A DNA stretch of 64,000 nt from Eledone cirrhosa (taxonomy: Eukaryota), in contig OZ024743.1 of assembly GCA_964016885.1 (NCBI GenBank), positions 271,126,001-271,190,000 of the forward strand, read 5' to 3'. Of this stretch, positions 12,301 to 26,229 are shown piece after piece. The stretch's first letter is position 1, and each line of letters opens with the position of its first letter. The position numbers were made by a program, and so were the translations under genes. The notes under the pieces were generated by a model. The model did no database searches and had not been told where the DNA came from. It was given only the letters and a program-made list of their open reading frames with translations.

Positions 12301-12560
12301 CCTAGTTATCTAACTAATAATAAAACCAAAGTAAAACTCAATTTCTGCATGTGTTTAAAATGGGTTAAAAATATTCTTTTCTTCTATTGACTGTAGTTAT
12401 ACCAAGAGTTGTCTCCCCTGGTCACTTCTTGCCTCAGTTCCTTTGTTTTCTTTCCTAATTCCAACTCCACCTAGTAGACAGTAGACTTCTTAAAGTAAAC
12501 GGTTACTTTGTATATTGCTGGCATTTTATGGTGCATGTGTGTGTGAATATATATATATAT

Positions 12561-14939
12561 AGGAGAGTGACTTGGTGGTGGAACAATAAGGTAGATGAAG
12601 CAGTCAAGGCCAAGAGACAGGCATGGAAAGAATGGAAGAACGGGGGGAGCAGGGTACATTACATAGAGACCAAGAGGGAAGCTAGGCGACAAGTATACTT
12701 AGCTAGGAGGGAAGCAGAGGATAGAAAATTCAAGCATGTTTTACAACGTGAGGACCAGAAACAGGAGGTATTCAAGATTGCGAGGCAGTGTGTCAGAGAT
12801 AGTTGTGATGTCATTGGAGAGAAGTGTATCCGGAATGATAAAGGTGAGCTTGCTCTCACAAGTGCTGAGAAGAAAGATGCATGGAAGAGTCATTATGATA
12901 GATTACTAAATGAGGAGAATGCATGGGAAGAAGAGACCCTACCCCACGTAGACCCTATAGAGGGACCAGCAGTACAAGTCAGCGGCAGCGTAGTAAGTAA
13001 GGCAATCAGAGATATGAAGATAGGGAAGGCAACCGGTCCATCGGGTATAGCTGCCGAGATGCTGAAGGCATCTGGGTCTGTAGGTCACACTATAACCACA
13101 CGTATCGTTAACCAGGTAATACTAGAGGGGGCCATACCAAAAGATTGGTGCAGTAGCATCATTGTCAACTGCTACAAAGGTAAAGGCGATGCACTAGATA
13201 GAGGAAACTATAGAGGTATAAAGTTGATGGACCAGGTCATGAAAGTAACAGAAAGAGTTATAGCACAGTTGATTAGGGACCGGGTGAAAATAGACGAGAT
13301 GCAATTTGGGTTTGTACCAGGAAGAAGCACCACTGATGCCCTCTTGTCAGGCAGTTACAGGAAAAGTACCTAGCTAAAAGTAAGCCACTCTACCTGGCAT
13401 TTGTCGATCTTGAGAAAGCCTTTGACAGAGTTCCACGTGCTGTAATCTGGTTGGCTCTTAGAAAGCTAGGAGTAGATGAATGGCTTGTGAAAGCGGTACA
13501 AGCCATGTATAGGGGATCAGTCAGCAAAGTTAGGATTAGCAATGAGTATAGCGAGGAATTTAGCGTACAGGTTGGGGTCCACCAGGGCTCTGTTCTTAAC
13601 CATCTCCTGTTCATCATAGTCCTGCAGGCAATAACGGAGGAGTTTAAGACCGGATGCCCATGGGAACTCCTGTATGCTGATGACCTCGCACTTATAGCTG
13701 AATCTATGGTAGAACTAGAGAAGAAATTCCAAACTTGGAAGCAGGAACTAGAAAGAAAGGGTCTCAAAGTCAACATGACAAAGACTAAGGTCCTTGTAAG
13801 TAGACGAGAAAACAGAACCCAGATCCCCTCAGGGAAATGGCCTTGCTCAGTATGTAGGAAAGGTGTAGGTAGGAACTCCATTCTTTGCCCCAAATGCAAA
13901 CAATGGGTACACAAGAGATGTAGCGGGATCTCAGGAAGCTTAATTAAGAATGTAGGATTCACATGCAGCAGCTGTGCTGAAACAGCAAGCAAACAGCCAC
14001 AGGAAACAAGTACCACCAATCTCTGGGAGGGCCCTGTAGAAACAGTAGACAGCTTCTGCTACCTAGGTGACCGAATTAGCAACGGAGGTGGGTGCTCAGA
14101 AAGTACAATAACTAGGGTAAGAACGGGATGGAAGAAGTTTAGGGAACTACTACCACTGCTAGCTGCAAAAGGCTTCTCCCTCAGAATGAAAGGCAGACTG
14201 TATGATGCGTGTATCCGAACAGCGATGTTGCATGGTAGTGAGACCTGGGCGCTGAAGGTGGAAGACTTACGTAGATTAGAGAGAAACGAAGCCTGCATGC
14301 TCCGATGGATGTGTAACAGTAATATACGTGAACGACAAAGCATAAATGAATTGAGAGAGAGACTGAGCATAAGAGGAATCAAATGCTGCGTGCAGGAGAG
14401 GCGGTTACGCTGGTATGGACATGTGATGCGTATGAAGGATGACAGCTGCATAAAAAGGTGCAGAGCACTAGAAGTTGATGGAAACCGCGGAGTGGGGAGA
14501 CCCAAGATGACTTGGGATGAGGTGATAAAAGCCGACCTTACCCAACTACACCTCTCAAAGTCAATGACACACGACCGTGACTTCTGGCGTCACGCAGTAA
14601 TACAGGGTACCCGACCTCCCATGGGTACATGCTGAAGCATATAAACAATATGCCCCCCCCCCCCCACCGCAAGGTGGTCGTGGAGGTGCCACGGCAAAAA
14701 AGCACCCAGCCCACACTGTAAAGTGGACGTGTAGGCGCCACGAAAAAGCACCCAGCACTCACTGTAAATGAGGTTGGTGTTAGGAAGGGCATCCAGCTGT
14801 AGAAATCAAGCCAGATCAGTTCCTGTATGAGCAAGGCATGGTCAGCCGACCAGACACTGCCCACAACAGGACAACCCGTCTAACCCATGCTAGCGTGGAA
14901 GAACGGACGTAAAACGGTGATGATGATGATGATGATGAT
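12561..14939 (+). mobile_element. RTE LINE subfamily B, 5'-truncated
   Basis: ORFs 12528-13373 and 13451-14635 (RT LYADD, PHD finger) separated by a 4-nt deletion frameshift; modular 3' UTR; (GAT)n tail; starts in a (TA)n tract. Confidence 0.95.
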
Positions 14940-15229
14940 ATATTGTGTATGTGTGTATATATATATATCATTTTTTACATTGCTGTTACAGTTCCGTTTG
15001 AGCGCAGCCAACTAACTTTATCTCATAACGTGGATGACCCATCTAACCCATACAAGTGTGGAAAAATAGACATTAACTGATGATGATGATATATATATAT
15101 ATACACACCCCGTCTAATCCATGCTAGCATAGAAGAATGGGCGTATAACAGTGATGATGATATATATATATGCATGCATGCACGCGCACACACACACACA
15201 TTTTATAGACATTCTTTCACATATTGAAT

Positions 15230-15555
15230 GTGGTGTTATCAAGCAAAATATAAGACAAGGTTGTTGTTCAAGTAAAAAAAAAAAAAGAGTAAAATTCCTC
15301 TTTGAGGTACAAGTCTGGGCAAGGTGTTTTTGTAGAAAATGAACAGTTGCCCATGCAAACCAGTCACCCTTCATCAATATCATCCAAGGGAAAAGCAAAG
15401 GTAGATATAACTTGGCACCAGTATCATCGCAACTCATTTCTAAGGCTGAGTGAGCTGGAGCAACATGAAATAAAGTGTCTTGTTCAAGAACACAACGCAT
15501 CACCTGATCCGAAAACAAACTTGCAACCTCACAACCAATAAGCCATGCACCTTTA
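15230..15555 (-). mobile_element. tRNA/CORE-like SINE, diverged
   Basis: Reverse of tcttgaacaagacactttatttcatgttgctccagctcactcagc, as in the family B head. Confidence 0.6.
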
Positions 15556-16241
15556 CCGTATTAGTATTTAATGTAATGCAGTCATAGTGCTGTTTTATAC
15601 TTTTCAAGAATGTCCTGCTAATGTGTTTTCTTAATTCAAATATTTATAGCATATTTATTGTAAAGTTAAAATTTGCAGTAAATTAAAGCATTACATTTTT
15701 AACGTGATGTTGTGGTGCTGTTTCGTACTTTTCAAAAACATCTTGTTAATGTAATTTTGTGTGGCTTGTTAATTCAAATGTTTATAGTATCCTTTTTTTT
15801 AGTAGTGAACAGATCATAGTTAAGATTTTCTGTAAATTCAAAACTTTTTATTATGATACAGTCATAGTATTGTTTTATACTTTTCAAAAATGATATGCTA
15901 ATGTGCTTTCATATAATAATAATGAAATTATTGTGTACAGTGCTCAGGTGCACTACAACTCATCAAAGGTGCATGTATAGTGCATAGAATAATGTACAAA
16001 TTTCAGGAAAATGAACAGTGTATGAATCATGATATACATGTGTGCGTGTGTGTGGAGGGGGGATATCGGGTATAGAATTGGCACATTTCAGGAAGCATGG
16101 AGGTTTTTAAGGTTGCAGTGTCTCGGCAGCTAACAATATGGTTTGTTAATTCAAATGTTTATCATATCTTTAATAGTAGACAGATTATAGGGGTATTTAT
16201 AAAAGAATTATTCTAAATGTGTTGCTTTTCTTCTATGTCAG

Positions 16242-16387
16242 GTGACCAAAAGATTGGTATCTCATCCGTGCATTGTGACTGTTGTTGAAATGGGGTCTGC
16301 TAGACATTTCCTTCGTACCACTCTTGCAGACAAATCCCCTGAAGAACGCTACCGACTTTTACAACCAACGCTAGAGATAAATGCCAG
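16242..16387 (+). CDS. TRAP1: Next internal exon of TRAP1
   Basis: Acceptor ttttcttctatgtcag|, donor |gtgagt; 146 nt, phase 0 to 2; reads [48 protein letters not shown], matching recalled TRAP1 [25 protein letters not shown]...[14 protein letters not shown]. Confidence 0.93.
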
Positions 16388-17774
16388 GTGAGTCGTCTCT
16401 ATACTTCTCCCTTCTCTTTCTCCTCCTCCCTCTCACACTACTTCTCTGTCCTCCACTATTCCTTCCACTCCCTCTTTCTCTTTCTTCCTACTTCTGTTCT
16501 CCACTATTTGTTTCCATCCCTCTCTCGTTTTCTCTCTCTCCATCCCTCTCTGTATTTTAAAATATAGATTTGTTTTGGAAGTAGCAATTTAATCATTCAT
16601 GTGCTTTGATATCTTCTGCCCTACCTCTCGCTCTTTCACACAGTATTGACAAGACATATCTATACTCTAGGTAAGATGGTCACTAGTAAAACAACAGCTA
16701 TCTTTAGCTATCTACCTAGCTATCTATCTGCCTGTCTATTTGTGAGGCTATATGTCAGTTTATTTATCTATCTATCTCTCTATCTCTATCAATTTATCTA
16801 TCTTTCTATCTGTCTGTGTATCACCTTCTCTATCAATCTATCTAGTTGTCTATCTATAGCTATCTATTTATATACATTTACCAATGTATCTATCTTTTGA
16901 CATATACACACACACACATATAACCATATTTTTTTTTTTAAATATACGTATATGACTAGCTCGATTAAAATCTTCAATGAAACCTTATGCAATGAAAGCC
17001 TACTACAGAAAATATTGCTCTCACCGGACGATCTCGTTGGAATCATATCTTCAAAACTGCATGGAGTTCTAACAGTGTTATTGGCCCTTCCATAAACAGG
17101 TGAATACTAGTATATATATATACACATGAACGAGACATGGTCACCTGACCAATCTTGCCTCAAATGGGGCAATCCCGTCTAACCCATGCTACAGTGGAAT
17201 ATGGACGTTAAACGATGATGATGATGATGATATACATACACACATATAACAAGACATGTATATATGTTATATATATCTATATAACTAACCTCAAAACTAA
17301 TTTAATAGTAAAGAATATTATTAAACTCAACTGCGATGTTGATGGATGCAAGAATGAGTACTCAATACCAAAGTAGTGTTTAATGATATTCTCTATTGTG
17401 GCTAAGCGGTGAGTCTTATTACTCTGGGGTTTCACCTGTGTACTTACAGGATCTATCAAATAATTTTCCAGAGAAACACGGCTCATCACTTCAGCATAGT
17501 AAAGAATATTGTGTGTGAGGTTGGACAGTCACACAGACATAAACACACACACACACATACTTACAATTTGACTGGGATTAAACACTTATACTATATACAT
17601 ACACTATAACTATAACTTTGTCAGTAACAGTTTTATAGACAATGGCATATTGATTTTATTTAATGAACAGCTGTGATTTGTCTATTTAATAATAATACAC
17701 ACACACTAAATGACACTACTTACAATCTACAGCAAACATTGTAGTAACACCATTTACTTTATTATTATCATTAT

Positions 17775-18712
17775 AAGGGTAGTGGATTGGCAGTATCAGT
17801 AGAGCATCGGATACCCTGCTTTGTAGCAGAGAGTTATGGCTCTTTATGGTCTGAGTTCAAAATCAGACAAAATCCTTTGCAGTATTTAGTTATGGCCCTT
17901 TACATTCTGAGTTCAAATCCCACTTTGGTTAGCTTTGCCTTTCATCCTTTCGGGGTTGATAAAATAAAGTACCTGTAACACACTGGGGTTGATTTAGTTT
18001 GACTTTCTTCTTCCATTTAAATTGCTAGCCTTATGCCTATAGTAGAAACCATACGTCCCTTTACGGTCTGAGTTCAAATCCCGTCGAGGTTAACTTTGCC
18101 TTTCATCTTTACGGGATCGATAAAATAAAGTACCAGTAATGCATTGGGTAATTGCTGGCCTTGTGCTAAAGGTAGAAACAATTATTATTTCCTTGATAGG
18201 GCAGTGGATTGACAGTATCAGTAGAGGGTCAGACGCCATGCTTTGACGCATAGAGTTACAGCCCTTACCATTCTGAGTTCAAATCCCGCTGAGGTTAACT
18301 TTACCTTTCATCCTTACGGGGTCGATAAAATAAAGTACCAGTAATCATCATTTCATTTTACGTCCGCTTTTTCCCTGTTTGCAAGGGTGGGACAGGAACT
18401 GATTCTGGCTTGATTTCTACAGCTGGATGCCCTTCCTAACACCAACCTCGTTTACAGTGAGTGCTGGGTGCTTTTTTGCTGTGGCGCCTACACCACCACT
18501 TTGCAGTGGAATAATATGGACCCCCAGTCCCTATCATCTCATTTCTACAGCTGAGTAAACTGAAATAAAATGTGAAATAAAGTGTCTTGCTCAAGGAAAC
18601 AACACATCACCCGGTTCGAGAATTGAACTCACAACCTTTCGATTGCAAGGCCAATGCTCTAACCACTAAGCCATGTGCCATAATGTACTGGGTAATTGCT
18701 GGCCTTGTGCAC
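17775..18712 (+). mobile_element. Cluster of SINE family A copies
   Basis: Units near 17780, 18055 (partial) and 18200; the last is interrupted by a family B SINE and resumes at 18680. Confidence 0.8.
18344..18679 (-). mobile_element. SINE family B nested in SINE family A
   Basis: Reverse complement of 8330-8671; host SINE gtaccagtaat|...|taatgtactgggtaattgc resumes afterwards. Confidence 0.85.
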
Positions 18713-19342
18713 CCTGTCTGCCCTGTAAGGAAGTAGTGCTGGTGCCATGATAAAAGGTACCCAGTCTGCCCTGTCTGCTCTATAGGGTAGTTCTGGTGCC
18801 ATGGTAAAAAGTACTCTGTCTGCCCTGTAAGGTAGTAGTGATGGCGTCTCAATAAAATGATCCTAGTACAAGCTATAAAGTGGTTAGCATTAGGAAGGGC
18901 ATTCAGCCGTAGAAACCGAGCATGTGAGCAAGATATGGACATCTGACCTGTCTAATATCTATATATGACAGCCTGCTTAACCCATACAAATGTGGAATAT
19001 AGCTGTTAAACAATGATGTGTGTGTGTGTGTGTGTCAGCAACATTAAACAAACATTAGATAATGATAATCACACGCATACACATATATACAGAAAGGTTG
19101 GGTGTAACCCGGAATCACAGAGAATTGTTGATTGTTGTTGGTCTAAGTTAGCCATAATTAGTTGAGAGGAGAGTTTAGTTAGTTCAGTTACAGGGAGGAA
19201 TCTAGAAAAGAATATTTTGATTTCCAGACACATTTTCTATTCCTGATGATGAGGAACACACATGTATGTGCATGTACATACATATACATGTGGATGTATA
19301 TGCACATACATGTATGTATACACATACTTGTATATGTATGTA

Positions 19343-21658
19343 CATCATCATCATCGTTTAACGTCCATCTTCCACGCTAGCATGGGTCTGGACGGGAATT
19401 GTCCCACTTGAGGCAAGATTGGTTGTCTTTGTTCAAGACTATCTGGCGGGTTTTCTACGGCTGGATGCCCTTCCTAACACCAACCACGTTTACAGTGTGG
19501 ACTGGGAGGTTTTTACCGTGTTACCTACACGGCCACATTACAGCGTGGACTGTGTGTTTTTTTGTTGTGACACCTACACGACCTCATTTATTTAGGACTG
19601 GATGTTGTGGTACCAAAATAACTTTACATCGAAAGGGTGGGGGTGGTGGGACGGGGGTGTATTTTGGTTCAGAGGTGCCTACTGACTGTAGTAGGTTTCA
19701 CTTTGTACTTAGGCAAGGCGGATCTTCTGTATTACTGCGTAGCGCCAAATATCTCGGTCCAGTGACATTGTCTTGGAGAGGTGTAAGTGTGTGAGGTCGG
19801 AATTTATCAAGTCGTCCCAGGTTTTTCTGGGTCTGCTTACTCAGTGGCTACCGTCTATTTTGATCGCCCTGCACTTTTTTATACAGCTGTTGTCTTTCAT
19901 GCGCATCACGTGACCATACCAACATAGTCTTCTCTCGAGTAAACAGCATCTGATCCCTCTTATTCCTAATTTCTCACTTAGTTCATTTATGCTTTGCCGT
20001 TCGTGTATATTACTATTACACATCCAACGGAGCATGCAAGCTTCATTCCTCTCCAGTCTGCATAGATCCTCTGCACACAAGGCCCATGTCTCACTGCCAT
20101 GTAACATCGCTGTTCGTATGCAGGCATCATACAGCCTGCCTTTCATTTTTAGAGAGAAACCTTTAGCGGCCAATAGTGGTATAAGCTCTCTGAACTTTTT
20201 CCATCCCGTTTTGACTCTAACTACTGTACTTTCAGAGCACCCTCAACCACTGCTGATTTTGTCACCCAGGTAACGGAAGGTGTCCACTATTTCTATAGAA
20301 CCATCTGTGCAATGGAATGAGCTAGTATTCTGTGGGCATTTGCTGCTACTTATTGCACCTGAGCACCGGCCACATATAAAATCTATATTCTTAGTTAGCT
20401 TACCTGTGATCCCGCTACATCTTTTATGCACCCATACTTTGCATTTGGGACATAAAAGGGAGTTTCTGCCTACTCCTTTCCTACACACTGAGCATGGCCG
20501 TTTCCCAGATGGGACCAGTGCCCTATTTTCCTACATATTAGAACTTTAGTCTTAGACAGGTTAATTTTAAGGCCTTTTGATTCTAGACCATGCTTCCATG
20601 TTTGGAATTTCTTCTCTAGTTCAGCCATTGATTCGGTTATGAGCGTTAGATCATCTGCGTATAGAAGTTCCCATGGGCAGCCGGTCTTGAACTCCTCTAT
20701 TATAGCCTGGAGGGCGATAATAAATAGGAGGGGGCTAAGGACGGGGCCCTGATGAACACCAACTTTTACGCTAAACTCTTCACTATATTCGTTGTTAATT
20801 CTAACCTTGCTGACTGTTTCTTTATACATGGCTTGTATAGCTCTCACAAGCCATTCATCAACACCTAGTTTTCTGAGAACCCACCAGATAATGAGGCGTG
20901 GGACTCTGTCAAAGGCTTTCTCCAAGTCAACGAAAGCTAAGTATAGGGGTTTACTTTTAGCTAGGTACTTCTCCTGTAGTTGTCGTACAATGAAAAGAGT
21001 GTCTGTGGTACTTTTACCTGACACAAACCCGAACTGCATTTCATCTAGATCAATTCGCTCTCTGATTAGTTGCGCTATTACTTTTTCTGTGACCTTCATG
21101 ACCTGGTCAATTAATTTAATGCCTCTATAGTTTCCCCTATCTAGGGCATCTCCTTTACCCTTGTAGCACTTAATGATGATGCTGCTACGCCAGTCCTTCG
21201 GTACGACCCCATTCTGTATGACTTGGTTTACTATCCGGGTGACCATAGTGTGTCCCACCGTTCCAGATTCTTTCAGCATTTCAGCAATTATTTCTGAAGG
21301 CCCAGCCGCCTTGCCCATCTTCATATCTTTGATTGCCTTACTTATTATACTACCTTTAACTTGCACTACTGGTCCCTCTATTGGATCGACGTGGGGGAGA
21401 CTGTCTTTCTCCCATTTATTCTCCTCATTTAGTAGCCTTTCGTAGTGACACTTCCAAGCTACCTTCTTATCAGCATCAGTGATGGCAAGTACACCATCAT
21501 CATTACGGACACACTTCTCCCTGACAATATCACGGTTTTCCTTGACACATTGCCTAGCAATCCTGAACACCTCACGTTTTTGGTCCTCGCGCTGTAGAAC
21601 ATGCTTGAACTTTCTTTCCACTGCTTCCCTTCTTGCGAAGTACACTTGTCTCCTAGCT
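19343..21658 (-). mobile_element. RTE LINE subfamily A, 5'-truncated
   Basis: ORF 20470-21696 carries RT (LYADD); downstream frameshifted PHD and C-terminal pieces; (ATC)n tail at the left end. Confidence 0.95.
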
Positions 21659-22084
21659 GTACATACATGTATATATATATGTACATTCATGCACATGTAT
21701 ATCTATGTGTACATACACATGCATCTATATGTTTGTATACACATAGTTGTATATATTTGTCAGTATATATGCATACATGTATGTGTATGAGTTTACATAC
21801 ACAACCATGTATATCTATGTATGCACATACATATACATGTGCATATACATATTTCATCATCATCACTGTTTTACATCTATTTTCCATGTTGGCATGGGTT
21901 AAACAGCCTTTCTTTTTCTGAAGTTAGTCTAGTCATGTGACCATGTCTCACTCTTATGTTTCATTCTGGTTTGGTTTCTACTACTGGAATACCAACCTCT
22001 TCACTGTGTACTGGATGCATTTTATCTTGGCACCATCACTACCATCTGACATGATGGACCACGTGCATTTTATTATGACCCCAG

Positions 22085-22500
22085 CACTACAGGGTAGACC
22101 AGGTGCATTTTATCATGGCACCAGCACAACCACCTAATATGGACTGGGTACATTTTATCATGGCACCAGCACAACCACCTAATATGGACTGGGTACATTT
22201 TATCATGGCACCAGCACTACCACCTAATATGGACTGGGTACCTTTTATCATGGCACCAACACAACCACCTAATATGGACTGGGTACATTTTATCATGGCA
22301 CCAGCACAACCACCTAATATGAACTGGGTACATTTTATCATGGCACCAGCACAACCACCTAATATGGACTGGGTACATTTTATCATGGCACCAGCACAAC
22401 CACCTAATATGGACTGGGTACATTTTATCATGGCACCAGCACTACCACCTAATATGGACTGGGTACATTTTATCATGGCACCAACACTACCACTTGACAG
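22085..22500 (-). repeat. 42-bp minisatellite (~10 copies) derived from the RTE/SINE 3' UTR module
   Basis: Unit cattttatcatggcaccagcacaaccacctaatatggactgggta; lies within a minus-strand RTE-tail element starting near 21855. Confidence 0.9.
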
Positions 22501-22858
22501 TGAACTGGGTAGTATGTATATGTATGAAGGCAGGTAGCTAACTGGTTCTTGTGTCTGACTAACCACCTTATGGTGAGTGGATGGGGTTAATTCCTGGCAG
22601 CATATTGTGTCCTTCAGAAAGATACCTTCATTCACGTTGCTCCAAATTACTGTGCTGGTAAAAATGATTTGAATCTGTATATCAAAGAGCCAGCATTGTC
22701 TCCCTCACACACACACTGTCACACTGAATCTCTCTGAGAATTGCGTCACAGGTGCATGTGTCTGTAGAATTCTCAGACACATGCACATTGATTTCACAAG
22801 GAGATAGAGAACATTCATCGATAGTGACAGAGGTACAATATGCACATACATATATATA

Positions 22859-23097
22859 TCATCATCATCATCATCGTTTAACATCCGTGTTCCACGCTTG
22901 CATGGGTTTGGACAGGAGTTTTCCCACTTGAGGCAAGAGTGATTGTCTTGCTCGCATAGGACTGTCTGGCGGGTTTTCTACAGCTGGATGCCCTTCCTAA
23001 CACCAACCACATTTACAGTGTGGGGCTGGGAGGTTTTTACTGTGTTGCCTACACGGCCACATTACAGCGTGGACTGTGTGTTTTTTTGTCGTGACAC
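22859..23097 (-). mobile_element. RTE subfamily A 3' UTR-only insertion
   Basis: Matches the 3' end of 24121-24365; both sides in (TA)n. Confidence 0.85.
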
Positions 23098-23487
23098 ATA
23101 TATATATATATCATCATCATCGTTTTAACAACTGCTGTTACCATATTGGCATGAGATGCGATGAAACTCCTGTGGGAAGTTTAATCTAGCCAGAGACCCT
23201 TACTGATGCCACCACATACCTTAGTTTTTTGTATGGTATATGCTGCTAAGTATTCATTGAACCATGGTATATACTGCTAAGCATTTGTTAAACCATGGTA
23301 TATACTGCTAAGAGTTTGTTGAACTGTGGTATATACTGGTATATACCACAGTGTCAGTATGACATTTTTCCACAACTGACATACACATTATAATCACCCA
23401 GTTTCTTCATATATAGATATTACCCAATCACAAGTATGAAAATATGTAAAATAACAAGTGTACTACAGAGCCGAAATACAATCTCCA

Positions 23488-23518
<31 letters not shown>

Positions 23519-23756
23519 GTCACATAACTTAACAGTTCAACAAATAGAGATTGATCAAATATATACCAGTCTTGAAAAAAATAAGTACTGCAGTCAATAT
23601 GATTGATTATGTTCCCTGAAGGCAGTGCCCCAGCTTGGACATTGTCTAATGACTGAAACCAATAAGAGAATAAATGAATGTGTGTGTATATATAGATATG
23701 TATATATAAGCAATGTTGTCTCAAAGACAGAAACTGGGCGTGTGTATTAGAATTCG

Positions 23757-23905
23757 TAGAGTAATGAGAAAACCTCAACACAAGTATTGCTGTTAAAACA
23801 GCAAAAAGCCGTAAATGACAGCGCTGAGTAAGTTTTACCTGATGCCATCATTTATGGCATTTTGCTGTCTTAGCTATTCTTGCATTAGTTTTTCTCATTT
23901 TCTAT
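23757..23905. repeat. Imperfect palindrome / hairpin MITE
   Basis: aatgagaaaa..acagcaaaa.gccgtaaatga pairs with tcatttatggc.ttttgctgt..ttttctcatt. Confidence 0.6.
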
Positions 23906-24044
23906 AAATTATATATATATACTAGACAACCCGTGACCTGTTGGGTCACGTTTCCTTAAAAATATTTTTTTTAAATAATTTTTGAATAATGAAAATATAC
24001 ACAGACATGTATGTAATGTAAAATGAACTTGGAAGGCAAATATG

Positions 24045-24078
<34 letters not shown>

Positions 24079-24120
24079 GGTTTCTGTGACCTATATACTC
24101 TGGTCACAGACACACACACA

Positions 24121-25713
24121 TCATCATCATCATCATCATCAACGTTTAACGTCCGTGTTCCATGCTTGCATGGGTTTGGACGAGGGTAGTCCCACTTGAG
24201 GCAAGAGTGATTGTCTTGCTCGCATAGGACTGTCTGGCAGGTTTTCTACAGTTGGATGCCCTTCCTAACACCAACCACATTTACAGTGTGGGTCTGGGAG
24301 GTTTTTACCGTGTTGCCTACACGGCCACATTACAGCGTGGACTGTGTGTTTTTTTGTCGTGACACCTACACGATCTCATTTGTTTCGGCCTGGATGGCGC
24401 GGCACCAACATAACTTTACATAGAACGGGGTGGTGTGGATGGGGTGGGGGTGGTGGCGGGACGGGGTGTATTTTGTTAGAGATGCCTACTGGCAAGGCGG
24501 GTCTTCTCTGTTACTGAGTACCGCCAAAGGTCTCGGTCCAGTGACATTGTCTTGGAGAGGTGTAAGTGTGTGAGGTCGGAGTTTATCAGCTCATCCCAGG
24601 TTTTTCTAGGTCTGCCTATTCCGTGGCTACCGTCTATCTTTATTGCCCTGCACTTTGTTATACAGCTATCGACTTTCATGCGCATCACGTGTCCATACCA
24701 ACGCAGCCTTCTCTCGAGTAAACAACATCTGATCCCTCTTATCTCTAATTTTTTCCTTAGTTCGTTTATGCTTTGCCGTTCACGTATATTACTGTTACAC
24801 ATCCAGCGGAGCATGCAAGCTTCGTTCCTCTCTAGTCTGCGTATATCCTCTGCACACAATGCCCAGGTCTCACTACCATGCAACATTGCTGTTCGTATGC
24901 AGGCATCGTACAACCTGCCTTTCATTTTTAGGGAGAACCCTTTAGCAGCTAATAGTGGTATAAGCTCTCTGAACTTTTTCCAACCAGTTCTGACTCTAGC
25001 TACAGTACTTTCAGAGCACCCTCCCCCACTGCTGATTTTATCGCCCAGGTAACGGAAGCTGTCCACTATTTCTATAGAACCCTCTGCTCAATTGAAAGAG
25101 CTAGTATTTTGTGGGCACTTGCTGCTACTTATTGCACCAGAACACCGGCCACATGTAAAATCTATGTTCTTAGTTAGCTTACCTGTGATCCCACTACATC
25201 TTTTATGCACCCATACTTTGCATTTAGGACATAAAATGGAGTTTCTACCTACGCCTTTCCTACACACCGAGCACGACCATTTCCCAGAAGGGACCGCCGC
25301 CTTGTTTTCTTTCCTACAAACTAGAACTTTGGTCTTAGCCAGGTTAATTTTAAGTCCTTTTGACTCTAGGCCGTGCTTCCATGTTTGGAATTTCTTCTCT
25401 AGCTCGGCCATTGATTCCGCTATGAGTGTCAGGTCGTCTGCGTATAGGAGTTCCCATGGGCAGCCTGTCTTGAACTCCTCTGTTATAGCCTGAAGGGCAA
25501 TAATAAATAGTAGGGGGCTGAGAACAGAGCCCTGATGGACGCCAACTTTTACGCTAAACTCTTCACTATATTCGTTGTTAATTCTAACCTTGCTGACTGT
25601 TTCTTTATACATGGCTTGTATAGCCCTCACAAGCCATTCGTCAACGCCTAGTTTTCTACGAGCCCACCAGATAATGGAGCGGGGGACTCTATCGAAGGCT
25701 TTCTCCAGGTCAA
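24121..25713 (-). mobile_element. RTE LINE subfamily A, 5'-truncated
   Basis: ORFs 25088-25720 and 24476-25066 (RT, PHD finger, C-terminus), one in-frame stop between them. Confidence 0.95.
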
Positions 25714-26229
25714 TACACACACACTTAGAAACCCTTCCTATTTAGCAGGATACAGTAATACTGTATTTGATCCTTTGAAGTCGCCAGTTATAATTTCATT
25801 CAACAACACCACCAGCTCTCTCTCTCTTACATTTTCCTTCTCTGTCTCCTTCTCTCTCACAACCACTATCTCTTTCTCTCTATCTGTCTCTCTCTATATT
25901 TATGAAGGTAGCCGAAAAAAACCCATATCTCGGGAACACGTGCTCCGATTTACGCAAAATCTGTATAATTTCATTTGTATTCCCATTTCAGAGGCAACTT
26001 CCTTTCAAAGTATTTTCCTATTATGCGCCGTTTTGGCTGTATTACATTACAGACAAGCACACAACCACAGAGTTTTAGTAGTATATATATATGTGTGTGT
26101 GTATGATCATCATACATTTAATATGTATTGATACCTTAACATAGTATCATCAACATCATCATTTAAAATCTACTTTTGCACATTTGCATGGGTTAGACAG
26201 GTCATCCACATTACAAGACAACTCTGGCC

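Noticed and set aside
13390-14505. Long antisense ORFs opposite the RTE RT
   Set aside because: Shadow frames of the RTE coding strand, recurring only because the element is repeated.
19243-19270. Hammerhead at ctgatga
   Set aside because: No GAAA or stems in the right geometry; the same applies to tcttcag near 42577 and tcatcag near 53230.
22087-22635. Repetitive 182-aa and 144-aa ORFs
   Set aside because: Translations of a 42-bp minisatellite.
25891-26070. Possible mariner terminal fragment
   Set aside because: Only one end-like sequence; no matching second TIR found.
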